This document shows, piece after piece, positions 10,406-22,558 of a stretch of DNA of 35,806 nucleotides. The translations under genes were made by a program, and so were the position numbers. Every line of letters begins with the position of its first letter. The stretch's first letter is position 1. Under the pieces are notes generated by a model, which ran no database searches, was not told where the DNA came from, and saw only the letters and a program-made list of their open reading frames with translations. Source of the stretch: Octopus sinensis (lineage: Eukaryota); NCBI RefSeq assembly GCF_006345805.1, contig NW_021827524.1:1-35806 (forward strand). The letters are read 5' to 3'.

Positions 10406-10655
10406 AAACAAAATGAACGCAGCTTGAGTAACGGAGAGAGTTAACATCATTTGAAAAGGTTGCAAGACGCAACGAAAATCTTAGAAAAATAAATATATGT
10501 GTGGAAATTTTACCGGTGGGTGTATTAAATAATAAGGTCCTGAAAGAGAACGACTCTTCCGCGACAGAACAGAACTGGGGTTGATGTCATCGACTTAACC
10601 CCCTCCACAGAAATTGCTGGCCTTGTGCCAAATATTTAAAACTAATATTACCATA

Positions 10656-11073
10656 GGCGCAGGAGTGGCTGTGTGGTAAGTAGATTGCTAACCAACCACA
10701 TGGTTCCGGGTTCAGTCCCACTGCGTGGCATCTTGAGCAAGTGTCTTCTGCTATAGCCCTGGGCCGACCAATGCCTTGTGAGTGGATTTGGTAGACGGAA
10801 ACTGAAAGAAGCCTGTCGTATATATGTATGTATGTATGTATGTGTGTGTTTTTGTGTGTCTGTGTTTGTCCCCCTAGCATTGCTTGACAACCGATGCTGG
10901 TGTGTTTACGTCCCCGTAACTTAGCGGTTCGGCAAAAAGAGATCGATAGAATAAGTACTGGGTTTACAAAAAGAATAAGTCCCGGGGTCGAGTTGCTCGA
11001 CTAAAGGTGGTGCTCCAGCATGGCCGCAGTCAAATGACTGAAACAAGTAAAAGAGTAAAGAGTAAAGAGAGTA
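10656..11073 (+). mobile_element. Full-length SINE family C
   Basis: Colinear with 3706-4113. Confidence 0.92.
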
Positions 11074-11074
11074 G

Positions 11075-11720
11075 ATATACGTTTGCGTTGGAAATCTCCA
11101 AAGGCATATGAATGCGTGCCGCGGGACATGCAGAGGAGAGTTTAGCAGGAGACCGGGATTAAAATGCAACTTCTGGTTGCTTTTAAGTCTCTATACAAAT
11201 ATCAAGACGTTTGTGCTTAGGTAAATGGTGCCAAGTTGAAATTTTTGAACGAGAGTGTTGGATTTCGACAGGGGTGCGTATTGTCACTTTTTTTGTTTTC
11301 ATGATTTTGATGAATTGGATTGACATACGCAGCTGTTGTAGAAGTGGTGTCACAATCGGTGAGCGTAGGATAGGCCGGCTAATATTTGCTAACGATACAG
11401 TGCTACGGGGCTCGTCAGAAAGTGATATCCTGCATGCACTGAATAGAGTCGCTGCTGAGCGCTGCAAAGCAGAGATGAGAATTGGTATTGCCAAGCCTGA
11501 GACATTGGTTCTCGCAAGAAAATTTTCTCATTTCACTCTACGAGTTAGTGTCACATCACTAAGACACATGGAGAAGTTTAAGCCGTATTCAAGCGCAATG
11601 GGAAACAGGAAGCTGAATTGGATGCTAGCATTTCAGGTGCTGGTATAGTAATGTGCCAGCTTCAATCTGCAGAAGAGAAGAGGTTGGTTAAAAAGCTGAT
11701 CTTGTCAGCTTTTTCGGTAG
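11075..11720 (+). pseudogene. Decayed RTE-like LINE RT fragment
   Basis: KAYECVPRD...GFRQGCVLS...RLIFANDTVL...ALNRVAAE..KAEMRIGIAKPETLVL are degenerate RT motifs across frameshifts. Confidence 0.75.
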
Positions 11721-11797
11721 AATTTCGTTGATATGTCTCTAGATTACATCATCACATATATATAATATAGTAACATATATTAATGACTTGTAAAGTA

Positions 11798-12348
11798 TTG
11801 GGTTGTCCGGAAAGTTCATGCCGATTTTTAAAGGAAAGTAAAAGGTCAATAAATACTTGCCATTACATTTTTAATCAACCAAATATGAACCATTTTGTTG
11901 CACAATGCGTTTCCATCTTTCCTTTAACTTGAAAATACCCTCTTCCCAGAATTGAGGTGGTTTCATGGCAAAGAATTCATCAAGGTCTCTTTTTACGTCA
12001 TCCAAGGAATTGAAATTTTTACCATTAAACTTGAATAAGTGGGAATCCGAAGGAGCAATATCTGGTTAATATGGAGGGTGGGGTTACATATCCCAGCCAA
12101 GCTGCAGCACTTTTTGTCTGGTTCCCAAAGCATCAAGTGCCAAAAATGAACTTTCTTTTCTTCCATTTTAAAGGGTTACAGAATTAACACAGGTTATAGG
12201 AACATTAACCTTCTTCTACGAAAAAATAGCTCAAACTGTGCTCAAAATGGAGGTGTAGTCAAATCCTATTTTATGGACTCAACCATGTTCTGAAATAACT
12301 CGAAATGTAAGCTACTGTAAATCGGCACGAACTTTCCGCACAACCCAA
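11798..12348 (-). mobile_element. Internally deleted mariner transposon
   Basis: 30-bp TIRs ttgggttgtccggaaagttcatgccgattt (2 mismatches) and TA TSDs. Minus-strand remnant LGWDM*PHPPY*PDIAPSDSHLF matches the mariner YSPDLAP motif; C-terminus ERWKRIVQQNGSYLVD. Confidence 0.92.
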
Positions 12349-12733
12349 TATATTAAACGTTTTTATGAATCAATACCGTATCCTGCTGTATTAACAGTGC
12401 GCTTTACATCACTCATTAAGGTCTCGGATACGAAACGTCGTAACAAAAACAGTAGTGATAACCTTAAAAAGTGATAATAACATAAAATCCACCATCGCCA
12501 GGTAAAATTCTAAGCAGGTAAGATGTCAAACAAGTGCACATCTGGAGCCAACCCCAGAGTTGAATCTACAATTTAAATTGCATTTGGTACTTCTATATCT
12601 AGATTATCCAACCAACTCTTAATATCTTCATTGTTGTTTACTTCACTATGAACTCCATTTTATCGCACCTAGCCATTTCTGGTATCCTACCTGCTGAGAT
12701 GCCTTGGTTCTATTGAATCTTTATAATTCATAT

Positions 12734-12807
<74 letters not shown>

Positions 12808-12809
<2 letters not shown>

Positions 12810-13212
12810 TCTTTTACTCTTTTACTTGTTTCAGTCATTTGACTGTGGCCATGCTGGAGCACCGCCTTCAGTCGAGCAAATCGACCCCGGGACTTATTCT
12901 TTGTAAGCCCAGTATTTATTCTATCGGTCTCTTTTGCCGAACCGCTAAGTGACGGGGACGTAAACACACCAGCATCGGTTGTCAAGCAATGCTAGGGGGA
13001 CAAACACAGACACACAAATATATACACACACACACTTATATATACATACATATATACGACAGGCTTCTTTCAGTTTCCGTCTACCAAATCCACTCACAAG
13101 GCATTGGTCGGCCGGGGCTATAGCAGAAGACACTTGCCCAAGATGCCACGCAGTGGGGACTGAACCGGAACCATGTGGCTGGTTAGCAAGCTACTTACCA
13201 CACAGCCATCCT
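12808..13212 (-). mobile_element. Full-length SINE family C
   Basis: Reverse complement of 3706-4113; the tail abuts (TA)n. Confidence 0.92.
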
Positions 13213-13429
13213 GTCATCATCATCATCAGAGGAGAGAGAGAGAGAGGAGAGAGATGGAGAGAGAGAAGAGGAGGAGAGAGGAGAGAGAGAGAGGAGAGAG
13301 AGAAAGAGATAGATAGATAGAGAGTTGTACAAACATGTGACTATTCAAATATAGAAAGTCGCTAAGTGTTAACCATATAATTATTTATATTCTGTGTTTT
13401 CTCAGTCCCAGTTACTAAAACTTTAAATA

Positions 13430-13465
<36 letters not shown>

Positions 13466-13567
13466 TATATAATATGTGTACACACACACGCACACACACA
13501 CAACACGCACACACCACACACACACACGCACGCACACACACACACACACATATATATATAAGAATGA

Positions 13568-13882
13568 AGGACACCTTTCGGTCATGAATGACCATGGGTA
13601 AGTTCTCCGAGGCACAATATCGGGCAAGGTTGTTTATGGAAGACCATCAGTCACCCATGCATACCAGCCTTCCCTCTCTATGCCACCAGTATTATCCAAG
13701 GGAACGGCGAAGGTCGATACAGCTTGGTACCAGTGACGTCACAGCTCATTTTTGCAGTTGAGACAACTGGAGCAACGTGAAATAAAATGTCTTGCTCAAG
13801 AGCACAACACACAGACTAATCCTAGAATTGAACTTACAACCTCATGATTAAGACCGACTCTCTAACCACTGAGCCATGTGCT
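13568..13882 (-). mobile_element. tRNA-derived SINE family D (CORE-like middle)
   Basis: Minus-strand head gcacatggctcagtggttagag...agttcaattct, followed by gtgttgtgctcttgagcaagaca. Confidence 0.7.
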
Positions 13883-14066
13883 TTCGAACATATGAATATA
13901 ACTCACCCTTGCTGGGATTCGAATCATTGGCCTCTATATCAGTCACTCACAGCCGCATCTGATGGTTATGTTCATCGATGGGCTAGATCACGATTTGAAC
14001 AACGCTTTTGGTTAAAGAGCAGCGGGACCAGAACTGATTTAGGGTTCAAAAGGAACAACACCGTCA

Positions 14067-14566
14067 GTGGAAGCGCAATGGCCCAGTGGTTAGGGTAGCG
14101 GACTCGCGGTCGTAAGAACGCGGTTTCGATTCCCAGACCGGACATTGTGAGTGTTTATTGAGCAAAAACACCTAAGCCCCACGAGGGTCCGGCGGGTGGT
14201 GTTGGTGAACCCCGCTGTACTTTCGCCACAACTTTCTCTCACTCATTCTTCCTACTTCGGCTACAAAGCAGAGGAACCATGGTGTAACCCACTATGGTGT
14301 GGTAAACTTTCAGACCTCAGTCTAGATTGCGAATCCTCTGTACGCCAGGATGGTTATGTTCTCCACCCGTTAAAAGCCACAGTTTACGGAATGAGGATAA
14401 CAACGTAGCTTTCTCACCCGTGCAACCGCCAGTCTATCGCGTGTGGTAGGTGGATCTTTAAGATGCCACACGCATTCTTAGAAGCTTAGAGGAGGCTCGA
14501 ATTAGAGATTACTCTTTGTGGCTAATGGCGTGAGTCCTGATTGGAAGAAGAAGAAGAAGAAGAAGA
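14067..14566 (+). mobile_element. SINE family B head fused to a different 3' region with (GAA)n tail
   Basis: 14067-14255 matches family B and the remainder does not. Imperfect flanking repeat gaacaac(acc)gtcag. Confidence 0.65.
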
Positions 14567-14850
14567 GAACAACGTCAGAATAATTTAAACGAGATAAAAG
14601 GGGCAAATCTAGATTTAAATGTTTTTCTTATCTAAAACTACCTTTACCGTGATACGAACCAACAATCTCAAGGTTTGATGAACGAGTACCAGAGAGTAAC
14701 AACATCAAAATAATTTTACAAGAAATAAAAGGCAAGAACTGAGATTTAAAAATATGTGTTGTTTTACATGATATCTAGCTCTGGTTTTAACTTGACACGA
14801 ACCCACAATCTCTAGGCTTGGCGAAGGAGTACTTTATCTATTCGGTCATC
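14565..14850. repeat. Diverged ~130-bp tandem duplication with tRNA-head-like sequence on the minus strand
   Basis: aacaac.tca.aataattt...aaaag...agatttaaa...acgaacc.acaatctc.agg.ttg..gaa.gagtac occurs twice. Confidence 0.5.
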
Positions 14851-15132
14851 AATACGGATCCTGCTGCCACAAACGAGAAACAGTTTAAAAACACATGAAA
14901 ACGTCCAGCTGGTGTGTGTATTAACATTTAGAGGAAATAACTGGGTGGGAGGTCGAGAGGTCAGCGCTGGTTTCTAACTAAATAAATAAATAAATACATA
15001 AAGGAATAAATAAATAAAAGCGAACAAAAAACAAAAAACAAAAAACAAAAACAAAAATGTTTTTCTGTGTCAAATATTCAGTCGAAGTAAAAATCGAGAA
15101 TGCTTATGTTACTTCAGATATGAGTCTTACTA

Positions 15133-15496
15133 ATACATACACACACACACATACACGCGCACACACACACGCACACACGCGCACACACACACACATACAC
15201 GCACTCACACAGGCACGCAAACACACGTATTTTTATATGTATGCCTCTGTATATATATTATATATGTATATATGCATATATTTATGCATATATATGTATA
15301 TATGTATATATATGTATGTATATATGTGTGAGTGTACATATATATATACACACACACACACACATATATATATATATTTATGTATATATGTGTGTATATG
15401 TGTATATACGTATATATATATATATACATACATAATGTGTGTGTATAAGAATACATATGACATGTGTTATATATATACATAATATATGTATATGTA

Positions 15497-15529
<33 letters not shown>

Positions 15530-15965
15530 TAAATATATATATATAATATATAATAAATATATATATATTATATATATATATATATATATGTACCCATATA
15601 TATATATATATAAACACACACACTTATATATGCACACATATAAACACTCAAGTAGCTATACATACATAAATTATATGCATTTATATATATATATATATAT
15701 ATAAATATATGCATACATATGTATGCTCGTGTGTGTATAATGTGTATGTGTGTGTGTGTGTGTGTGTGTTGCGCGTGTGGCTGTGGGTCTGTGCACACAA
15801 ATATATAAACACGCAATGCAGTCTCTTAGATAAAGAGACAGAATGTTTAAAATTTGAGTACACACATAAACATACAAACACACACGCATACACAAACACT
15901 CACGCATACACAAACACACACAAACACACACACTGTCATACGCAACTAATCTCTCACATACGCAC
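15133..15965. repeat. Low-complexity (CA)/(TA)/(TG) tract
   Basis: Directly visible. Confidence 0.9.
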
Positions 15966-15986
15966 TTACAGATCAAACTTGTATAT

Positions 15987-16146
15987 AGGAGTGGCTGTGC
16001 GGTAAGTAACTTGCTTACCAACCACATGGTTCTGGGTTCAATCCCACTGCGTGGCACCATGGGCAACTGTTTTCTACTATAGCCTCGGGCCGACCAGAGC
16101 CTTGTGAGTGGATTTGGTAGACGGAAACTGAAAGAAGCCCGTCGTA
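15987..16146 (+). mobile_element. 5' half of SINE family C running into a long microsatellite
   Basis: ggagtggctgtgcggtaag...gacggaaactgaaagaagcccgtcgta; no 3' half seen downstream. Confidence 0.88.
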
Positions 16147-16156
16147 AATATGTATA

Positions 16157-16199
<43 letters not shown>

Positions 16200-16957
16200 T
16201 ATACATTTATATGTATATGTATAACATATATATATATTATATATAATATATATATATATATATCTATATATATATATATGTATATATATACATATATATA
16301 TATATATATACAATATATATATACATATATATATATATACATATATATATATTATATATAATATATATCTTTATATATATGTATGTATGTATACGCACAC
16401 ACACACACTTGCACACACATGTATACACATATACATATATATATATATGCGTGTTATATATACACATATTCATACACGCACTACCATACTCACACACATA
16501 CACAACACGCATATATATATATGTGTAATGTGTATATGTGTATACATGTGTGTGCAAGTGTGTGTGCATATGTGCATGTTCATGTGTACACTCACGCACT
16601 TACATATATACATATATTTATACACACGTATCTTTATAAATGTGTGTGTGTGCCTAGGGTACATGTTTACATATATACATGCATACATACATACACACAC
16701 ATATATGTATATATATGTTTACACACACACAAATATATATATATATATACACACACAGATATATACATATATATAAAACATATATCTATCTATGTATATA
16801 TATATATATGCAAACATACGCATATACATACATGTATATATATATATACATACAGAATACATACATATATACATGCATTATATATATATATAATATAAAT
16901 ACATACTTACTATATATATTATATATATATATATATACACACACACATATATATACA

Positions 16958-17001
<44 letters not shown>

Positions 17002-17060
17002 GTGTGTGTGTGTGTTGGATTATGTATATATACACGTAAGTACGTGTGTGTGTGCGTATG
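16147..17060. repeat. Low-complexity (TA)/(CA)/(TG) tract
   Basis: Directly visible. Confidence 0.9.
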
Positions 17061-17480
17061 GATGTATTACGTGTACAGACTGAAAGACCTGCTGGCACAC
17101 GTAGATAAAATTATTTGTATATTATGTCTTCTAAACGACAAGCATACCGCGGATATTTTAGATCAAACTAAAGAAAAGGAAAGGAAGAAAGAAAGAAAAA
17201 AAGAGAGAGACAGAAAAGAAGAAACAAACAAACAAACAAACAAAGAACGAGAGTGAGAGAGAGAGAGAGAGTGAGTGAGGAAGTGGGGAATGAGACAGGA
17301 GGGGGAAGTTTGTTGGACGCCATTTCTGATCGTCTGCCTTAGTTATTTGCAATATCACATCCGCGTGATTCGAGTATGACCTCTTATTTTGAAAGTTGAG
17401 CCCTCCTATTAATTCAGAGAAGATTATATCATTTTATATGAACTACATTTAAATGGAACATCAATCTGCTTGCCCGTTTG

Positions 17481-17481
<1 letters not shown>

Positions 17482-17538
<57 letters not shown>

Positions 17539-17541
17539 ATA

Positions 17542-17577
<36 letters not shown>

Positions 17578-18025
17578 CTACCTACCTACCTACCTACCTA
17601 CCTACCTACCTACCTACCTACCTATTTTCTTACATATCTATCTATTTATCTATCTTTCTATATGTGTATATATATATATAATATACATTTATATGTACGC
17701 TTGTATATATGTGTGTGTATGTATGATTATCTACACATACATACGCACACCCACACATATATAACACATAAACACGTATATAGAACACACGTATCCTCAC
17801 GCATACACACACACATACATATGTGTGGAACGAAGTATATAAACATATGTGTGCAAATGTGTGTAAGTGTGTTTAAGTGTGCAAATGACGGGTATTAGTG
17901 AAATGAGAAAGAACATGCATATATATATACATACACACATATATACGTACGTACATACATACATAATACATAATACAATATATATATATATACATATATA
18001 ATATATATATAATATATTATATATT
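17482..18025. repeat. (TATC)n, (TACC)n and TA/CA low-complexity tract
   Basis: Directly visible. Confidence 0.9.
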
Positions 18026-18214
18026 ATACTAAGCAATAAGGGTTTAGCAACGAATTGCCTTACCACATACCGAATTTAGAAATAGCAGTCAAAGGGTTAT
18101 AGCTATTTCTTCTACTAAAAAGGGAGATCTCAGTAAAAAACAGCATTTGGAAGGCAGACACAAACAGGTAAGGAGAGATGAATTGACTGCAATCTATCAT
18201 ACATTTTTTAGTTA

Positions 18215-18326
18215 TCTACGGACGTACGTTTCGAAATCAAGTTTTTAGGAAAAGCATAAGAATTAAGTATTAAATATTAAATAATTCTATCTTACCCCGA
18301 AACTTCTTTTCTCTTCAGCGTGTAGA
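18215..18326 (-). ncRNA. Type I hammerhead ribozyme with long stem II (copy 1)
   Basis: CUGAAGA (18318-18312), stem II GAAAagAAGUUU...AAACUUgaUUUC, then GAAACGUACGUC|CGUAGA. The 5' strand of stem I has a 2-nt insertion. Predicted cleavage at 18221/18220. Confidence 0.7.
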
Positions 18327-18815
18327 ATACTATAATCATAAATGATTAATATTGAATTTGAGATACCAGAAGGCACCAACTCAACTCAGTATCAGAGCGA
18401 GCTAGAATCCGCAACTGGTATCACCGAATTCATTTGTGAATGAAACGATTGTGTCAACATCCCCTTCCCACCCGCGTGTAGCCAAAACAAGATGCTGTGG
18501 TCATCTACTGAGATAAAATATGGTATCCGTAATAATGAAGGGTGAAATAATTAATTTGGAAAAAATATCAATTACACCAAGTAGTCTTCGGCATGTAAAA
18601 AGCCTCATTCGAGGAAAATTTAAGTAATACTAAGCAATAAGGGTTTAGCAACGAATTGCCTTACCACATACCGAATTTAGAAATAGCAGTCAAAGGGTTA
18701 TAGCTATTTCTTCTACTAAAAAGGGAGATCTCAGTAAAAAAACAGCATTGGAAGGCAGACACAAACAGGTAAGAGAGAATGAATGACTGCAATCTATCAT
18801 ACATTTTTTTAGTTA

Positions 18816-18920
18816 TCTACGGACGTACGTTTCGAAATCAAGTTTTAGGAAAGCATAAGAATAAATATTAAATATTAAATAATTCTATCTTACCGAAACT
18901 TCTTTTCTCTTCAGCGTAGA
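18816..18920 (-). ncRNA. Type I hammerhead ribozyme with long stem II (copy 2)
   Basis: UCUACG-CUGAAGA-[G..C-closed long stem II]-GAAACGUACGUC-CGUAGA: perfect 6-bp stem I, palindromic ACGUACGU stem III, GUC triplet. Predicted cleavage at 18822/18821. Confidence 0.82.
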
Positions 18921-19021
18921 ATTTAGAATACTATAATCATAAATGATTATATATTGAATTTGAGATACCAGAAGGCACCAACTCAACTCAGTATCAGAGC
19001 GAGCTAGAATCCGCCAAGCTG

Positions 19022-19052
<31 letters not shown>

Positions 19053-19190
19053 ATATATAATATATATATATATATCTAATGTAGGATAAAATTTTTTTTC
19101 GAAAAAAAATATTCTTTTCCCCCCAAAATTTTATCATGGCCAGCATATCAAAAAATACCTTAAAGGTTAAATCTATAAACAATTCATAAA

Positions 19191-19312
19191 TAAGGGCAAA
19201 CGAAAAAATTTCTAATACCAGATATGCCGAAAAATTGGAACCAATTGTCCAAACATAATTTTTGTCCAATTTTTCGGCATATCTGGCATTAGAAATTTTT
19301 CGTTTGCCCTTA
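19191..19312. mobile_element. Palindromic MITE (~120 bp)
   Basis: taagggcaaacgaaaaaatttctaataccagatatgccgaaaaattgga and its reverse complement around a short spacer; ATAA/TTAA flanks. Confidence 0.75.
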
Positions 19313-19318
19313 ATATGA

Positions 19319-19349
<31 letters not shown>

Positions 19350-19396
19350 ATATATAATATATACTTACACACACACACATATACATTAATATTTAT

Positions 19397-19451
<55 letters not shown>

Positions 19452-19666
19452 AGATAGACATGTGGAAGATACATACATACACACATATAGATATAGATAT
19501 AGATATATAGATAGACACATACATGCATACATAGATACATACATACATACATACATACATACATGGGCTTATGTATATATATACACGAACATCTATGAAT
19601 ATAAAGATATGAGTTTCATTTTCTGCCTGTAAATCTTAGTATTGAAGTATCTAACCTAGAATCACT

Positions 19667-20730
19667 TGTATGTATGTATGTATGTACGTATGTATGTATG
19701 TATGTATGTATTATGTATGTATGTATGTATGTATGTATGTATGTATGTATGTATGTATGTATGTATTATGTATGTATGTATGTATGTATGTATGTATGTA
19801 CGTACGTATGTACGTATGTACGTATGTATGTATGTATGTATGTATGTATATATGTATTATGTATGTATATATGTATTATGTATGTATGTATGTATGTATT
19901 ATGTATGTATGTATGTATGTATGTATGTATGTATTATGTATGTATGTATGTATTATGTATGTATGTATGTATGTATGTATGTATGTATGTATATATGTAT
20001 TATGTATGTATGTATGTACGTACGTATGTATGAATGTATGTATGTATGTATGCATGTATGCATGTATGTATGTATGTATGCATGCATGTATGTATGTATG
20101 TATGCATGTATGTTATGTATGTATGTATGTATGTAGTACGATGTATGATGTATGTATGTATGTATGATGTATGTATGTATGTATTATGTATGTATGTATG
20201 TAGTATGTATGTATGTATTTTATGTTGTATGTATGTATGTATGTATGTATGTATGTATGTATGTATGTACATACGTATGTATGTATGTATGTATGTATAT
20301 ATGTATTATGTATGTATGTATGTATGTATGTATGTATGTATGTATATATGTATTATGTATATATGTATGTATGTATTATGTATGTATGTATGTATGTATG
20401 TATATATGTATTATGTATGTATGTATGTATGTATGTATGTATGTATGTATGTACGTACGTATGTATGAACGTATGTATGTATGTATGCATGTATGCATGT
20501 ATGTATGCATGTATGCATGCATGTATGTATGTATGTATGCATGTATGTACGTATGTATGTATGTACGTACGTACGTATGTATGTATGTATGTATGTATTA
20601 TGTATGTATGTATGTATGTATGTATGTATGTATGTACGTACGTATGTATGTATGTATGTATGTATGTATATATGTATTATGTATGTATGTATGTATGTAT
20701 GTATGTATGAATGTATGTATGTGTGTATGT
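19667..20730. repeat. ~1.06-kb (TATG)n array with variant units
   Basis: Directly visible. Confidence 0.97.
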
Positions 20731-20800
20731 AGTTTTACACCTTATTTTCTCTTTCATCTAATCCCTCAGCCACATTCTTTGTAACTCTCTCTTAACTTTT

Positions 20801-21184
20801 TACTCTTTTACTCTTTTAATTGTTTCAGTCATTTGAATGCGGCCATGCTGGAGCACCGCCTTTAGTTGAGCAAATCGATCCCAGGGCTTATTCTTTGTAA
20901 GCCCAGTACTTATTCTATCAGTCTCTTTTGCCGAACCGCTAATTGACGGGGACCTAAACACACCAGCATCGGTTGTCAAGGGGGGACAAACACAGACACA
21001 CACACGCACACACATACATATATATATATATATATACGACAGGCTTCTTTCACATTCCATCTACCAAATCCACTCACAAGGTATTGGTCGGCCCGGAGCT
21101 ATAGCAGAAGACACTTGCCCAAGGTGGGACTGAACCCGGAACCATGTGGTTGGTTAGCAAGCTACTTACCACACAGCCACTCCT
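20801..21184 (-). mobile_element. SINE family C with small deletions
   Basis: Reverse complement of 3706-4113. Confidence 0.9.
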
Positions 21185-21647
21185 ATCTCCGTGAACACAT
21201 AAAGTTATTTGCCTTAAATCTCTGTTATTCCATTATTGCTGCTATTACTAAATATATATTAATGGCAACCTAAAATTTATTACCTAAGGATAATTTGCGG
21301 GAAAACTACCACGTTTTCCACCTTATATCTATTGTAAAAGTACAATGAATCTGTCGTTCAAACGAGATATCCTTTGTATGATCGCTCGACCTAAAAGATA
21401 TAGTTTGTAAATCCCTTACAAATCAAACTATGCTGTCTTTAAATGATGGCAGTGTACGTTTGGTGATGTAGTCTTTGATGTACTATGTTTGGAAAATTAA
21501 CGGTCAGGATGATGAAGGCTACGAACCTTTGAATTTTGGGCTTCTGATTAAGGTTGATCTATGACTGTAAAATAAAAATAGCAATAAGCGCAATAATCTG
21601 TTAAAATGGCGAGAAAGAGCCCATGGCAAATTTGCAGTGCCTCCATG

Positions 21648-21696
<49 letters not shown>

Positions 21697-22140
21697 CGAG
21701 AGAGATAAAGAGAGAGATACAAAGAGAGATCTGGACCGAAGTTTTGCTACAGATTGAACTCTACTAAAGGCACCCAATGTGATAGATGGTGGTGTTAAAC
21801 CGGATTAAGATTAAGTCCAACTTCAATGTCGACCATAAAACATTTTGAACTCAGAATACAATTATACCAAAAGCACACACACCAAAAAAAAAAAAACCCT
21901 GAATAAATACCACAAGGTATCCGGTTCACCGTTTTTATTTTTCAGCCAATCAACCGCCCTGGTTTGGTACGTTCTTTATCAAATCTAAATGGATGAGAGA
22001 CAAAATTACCTTTGACCAGATTTCCTGGAGCAAATACTGCGAGACTCTAAAGACTCTGCCACACCTGGTTGCTATATATGCCCTGTAATTCTTCCTTTCT
22101 TTACCTTACTTTCTTTAATTCGTTTTTCTTCCATTATTAT

Positions 22141-22527
22141 ATGGAAGCACTCCGTCGGTTACGACGATGAGGGTTCCGGTTGATCCGAATCAACGGAACA
22201 GCCTGCTCGTGAAATTAACGTGTAAGTGGCTGAGCACTCCACAGACACGTGTACCCTTAACGTAGTTCTCGGGGATATTCAGCGTGACACAGAGAGTGAC
22301 AAGGCCGGCTCCTTGAAATACAGGTACAACAGAAACAGGAAGTAAGAGTGAGAGAAAGTTGTGGTGAAAGAGTACAGCAGGGATCACCACCATCCCCTGC
22401 CGGAGCGTCGTGGAGCTTTTAGGTGTTTTCGCTCAATAAACACTCACAACGCCCGGTCTGGGAATCGAAACCGCGATACTATGACCGCGAGACCGCTGCC
22501 CTAACCACTGGGCCATTGCGCCTCCAC
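22141..22527 (-). mobile_element. Full-length SINE family B
   Basis: Near-identical to 9405-9800. Confidence 0.92.
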
Positions 22528-22558
22528 GTTATCATTATAGAAAGTCTCAAGGCAACAA

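Larger units (their letters stand above)
18026..19014 (-). mobile_element. Retrozyme / Penelope pseudo-LTR-like non-coding element: two ~390-bp direct repeats (period 601), each with an HHR
   Basis: 18026-18414 repeats at 18627-19014 around a ~212-bp spacer. (TA)n on both sides and no ORF. Confidence 0.75.

Noticed and set aside
12404-12444. HHR-like ctcatta...gaaacgtc
   Set aside because: Two core substitutions, weak stem II, and stem I out of register.
9832-20784. Many 100-220 aa ORFs rich in MYVC/YIYI/THTH
   Set aside because: They are translations of TATG, TA and CA microsatellites that lack stop codons by composition.
22470-22527. tRNA-like sequences at SINE heads (also 3706, 13882, 14067)
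   Set aside because: A and B boxes are present but there is no complete cloverleaf, and each continues into a repeated SINE body.
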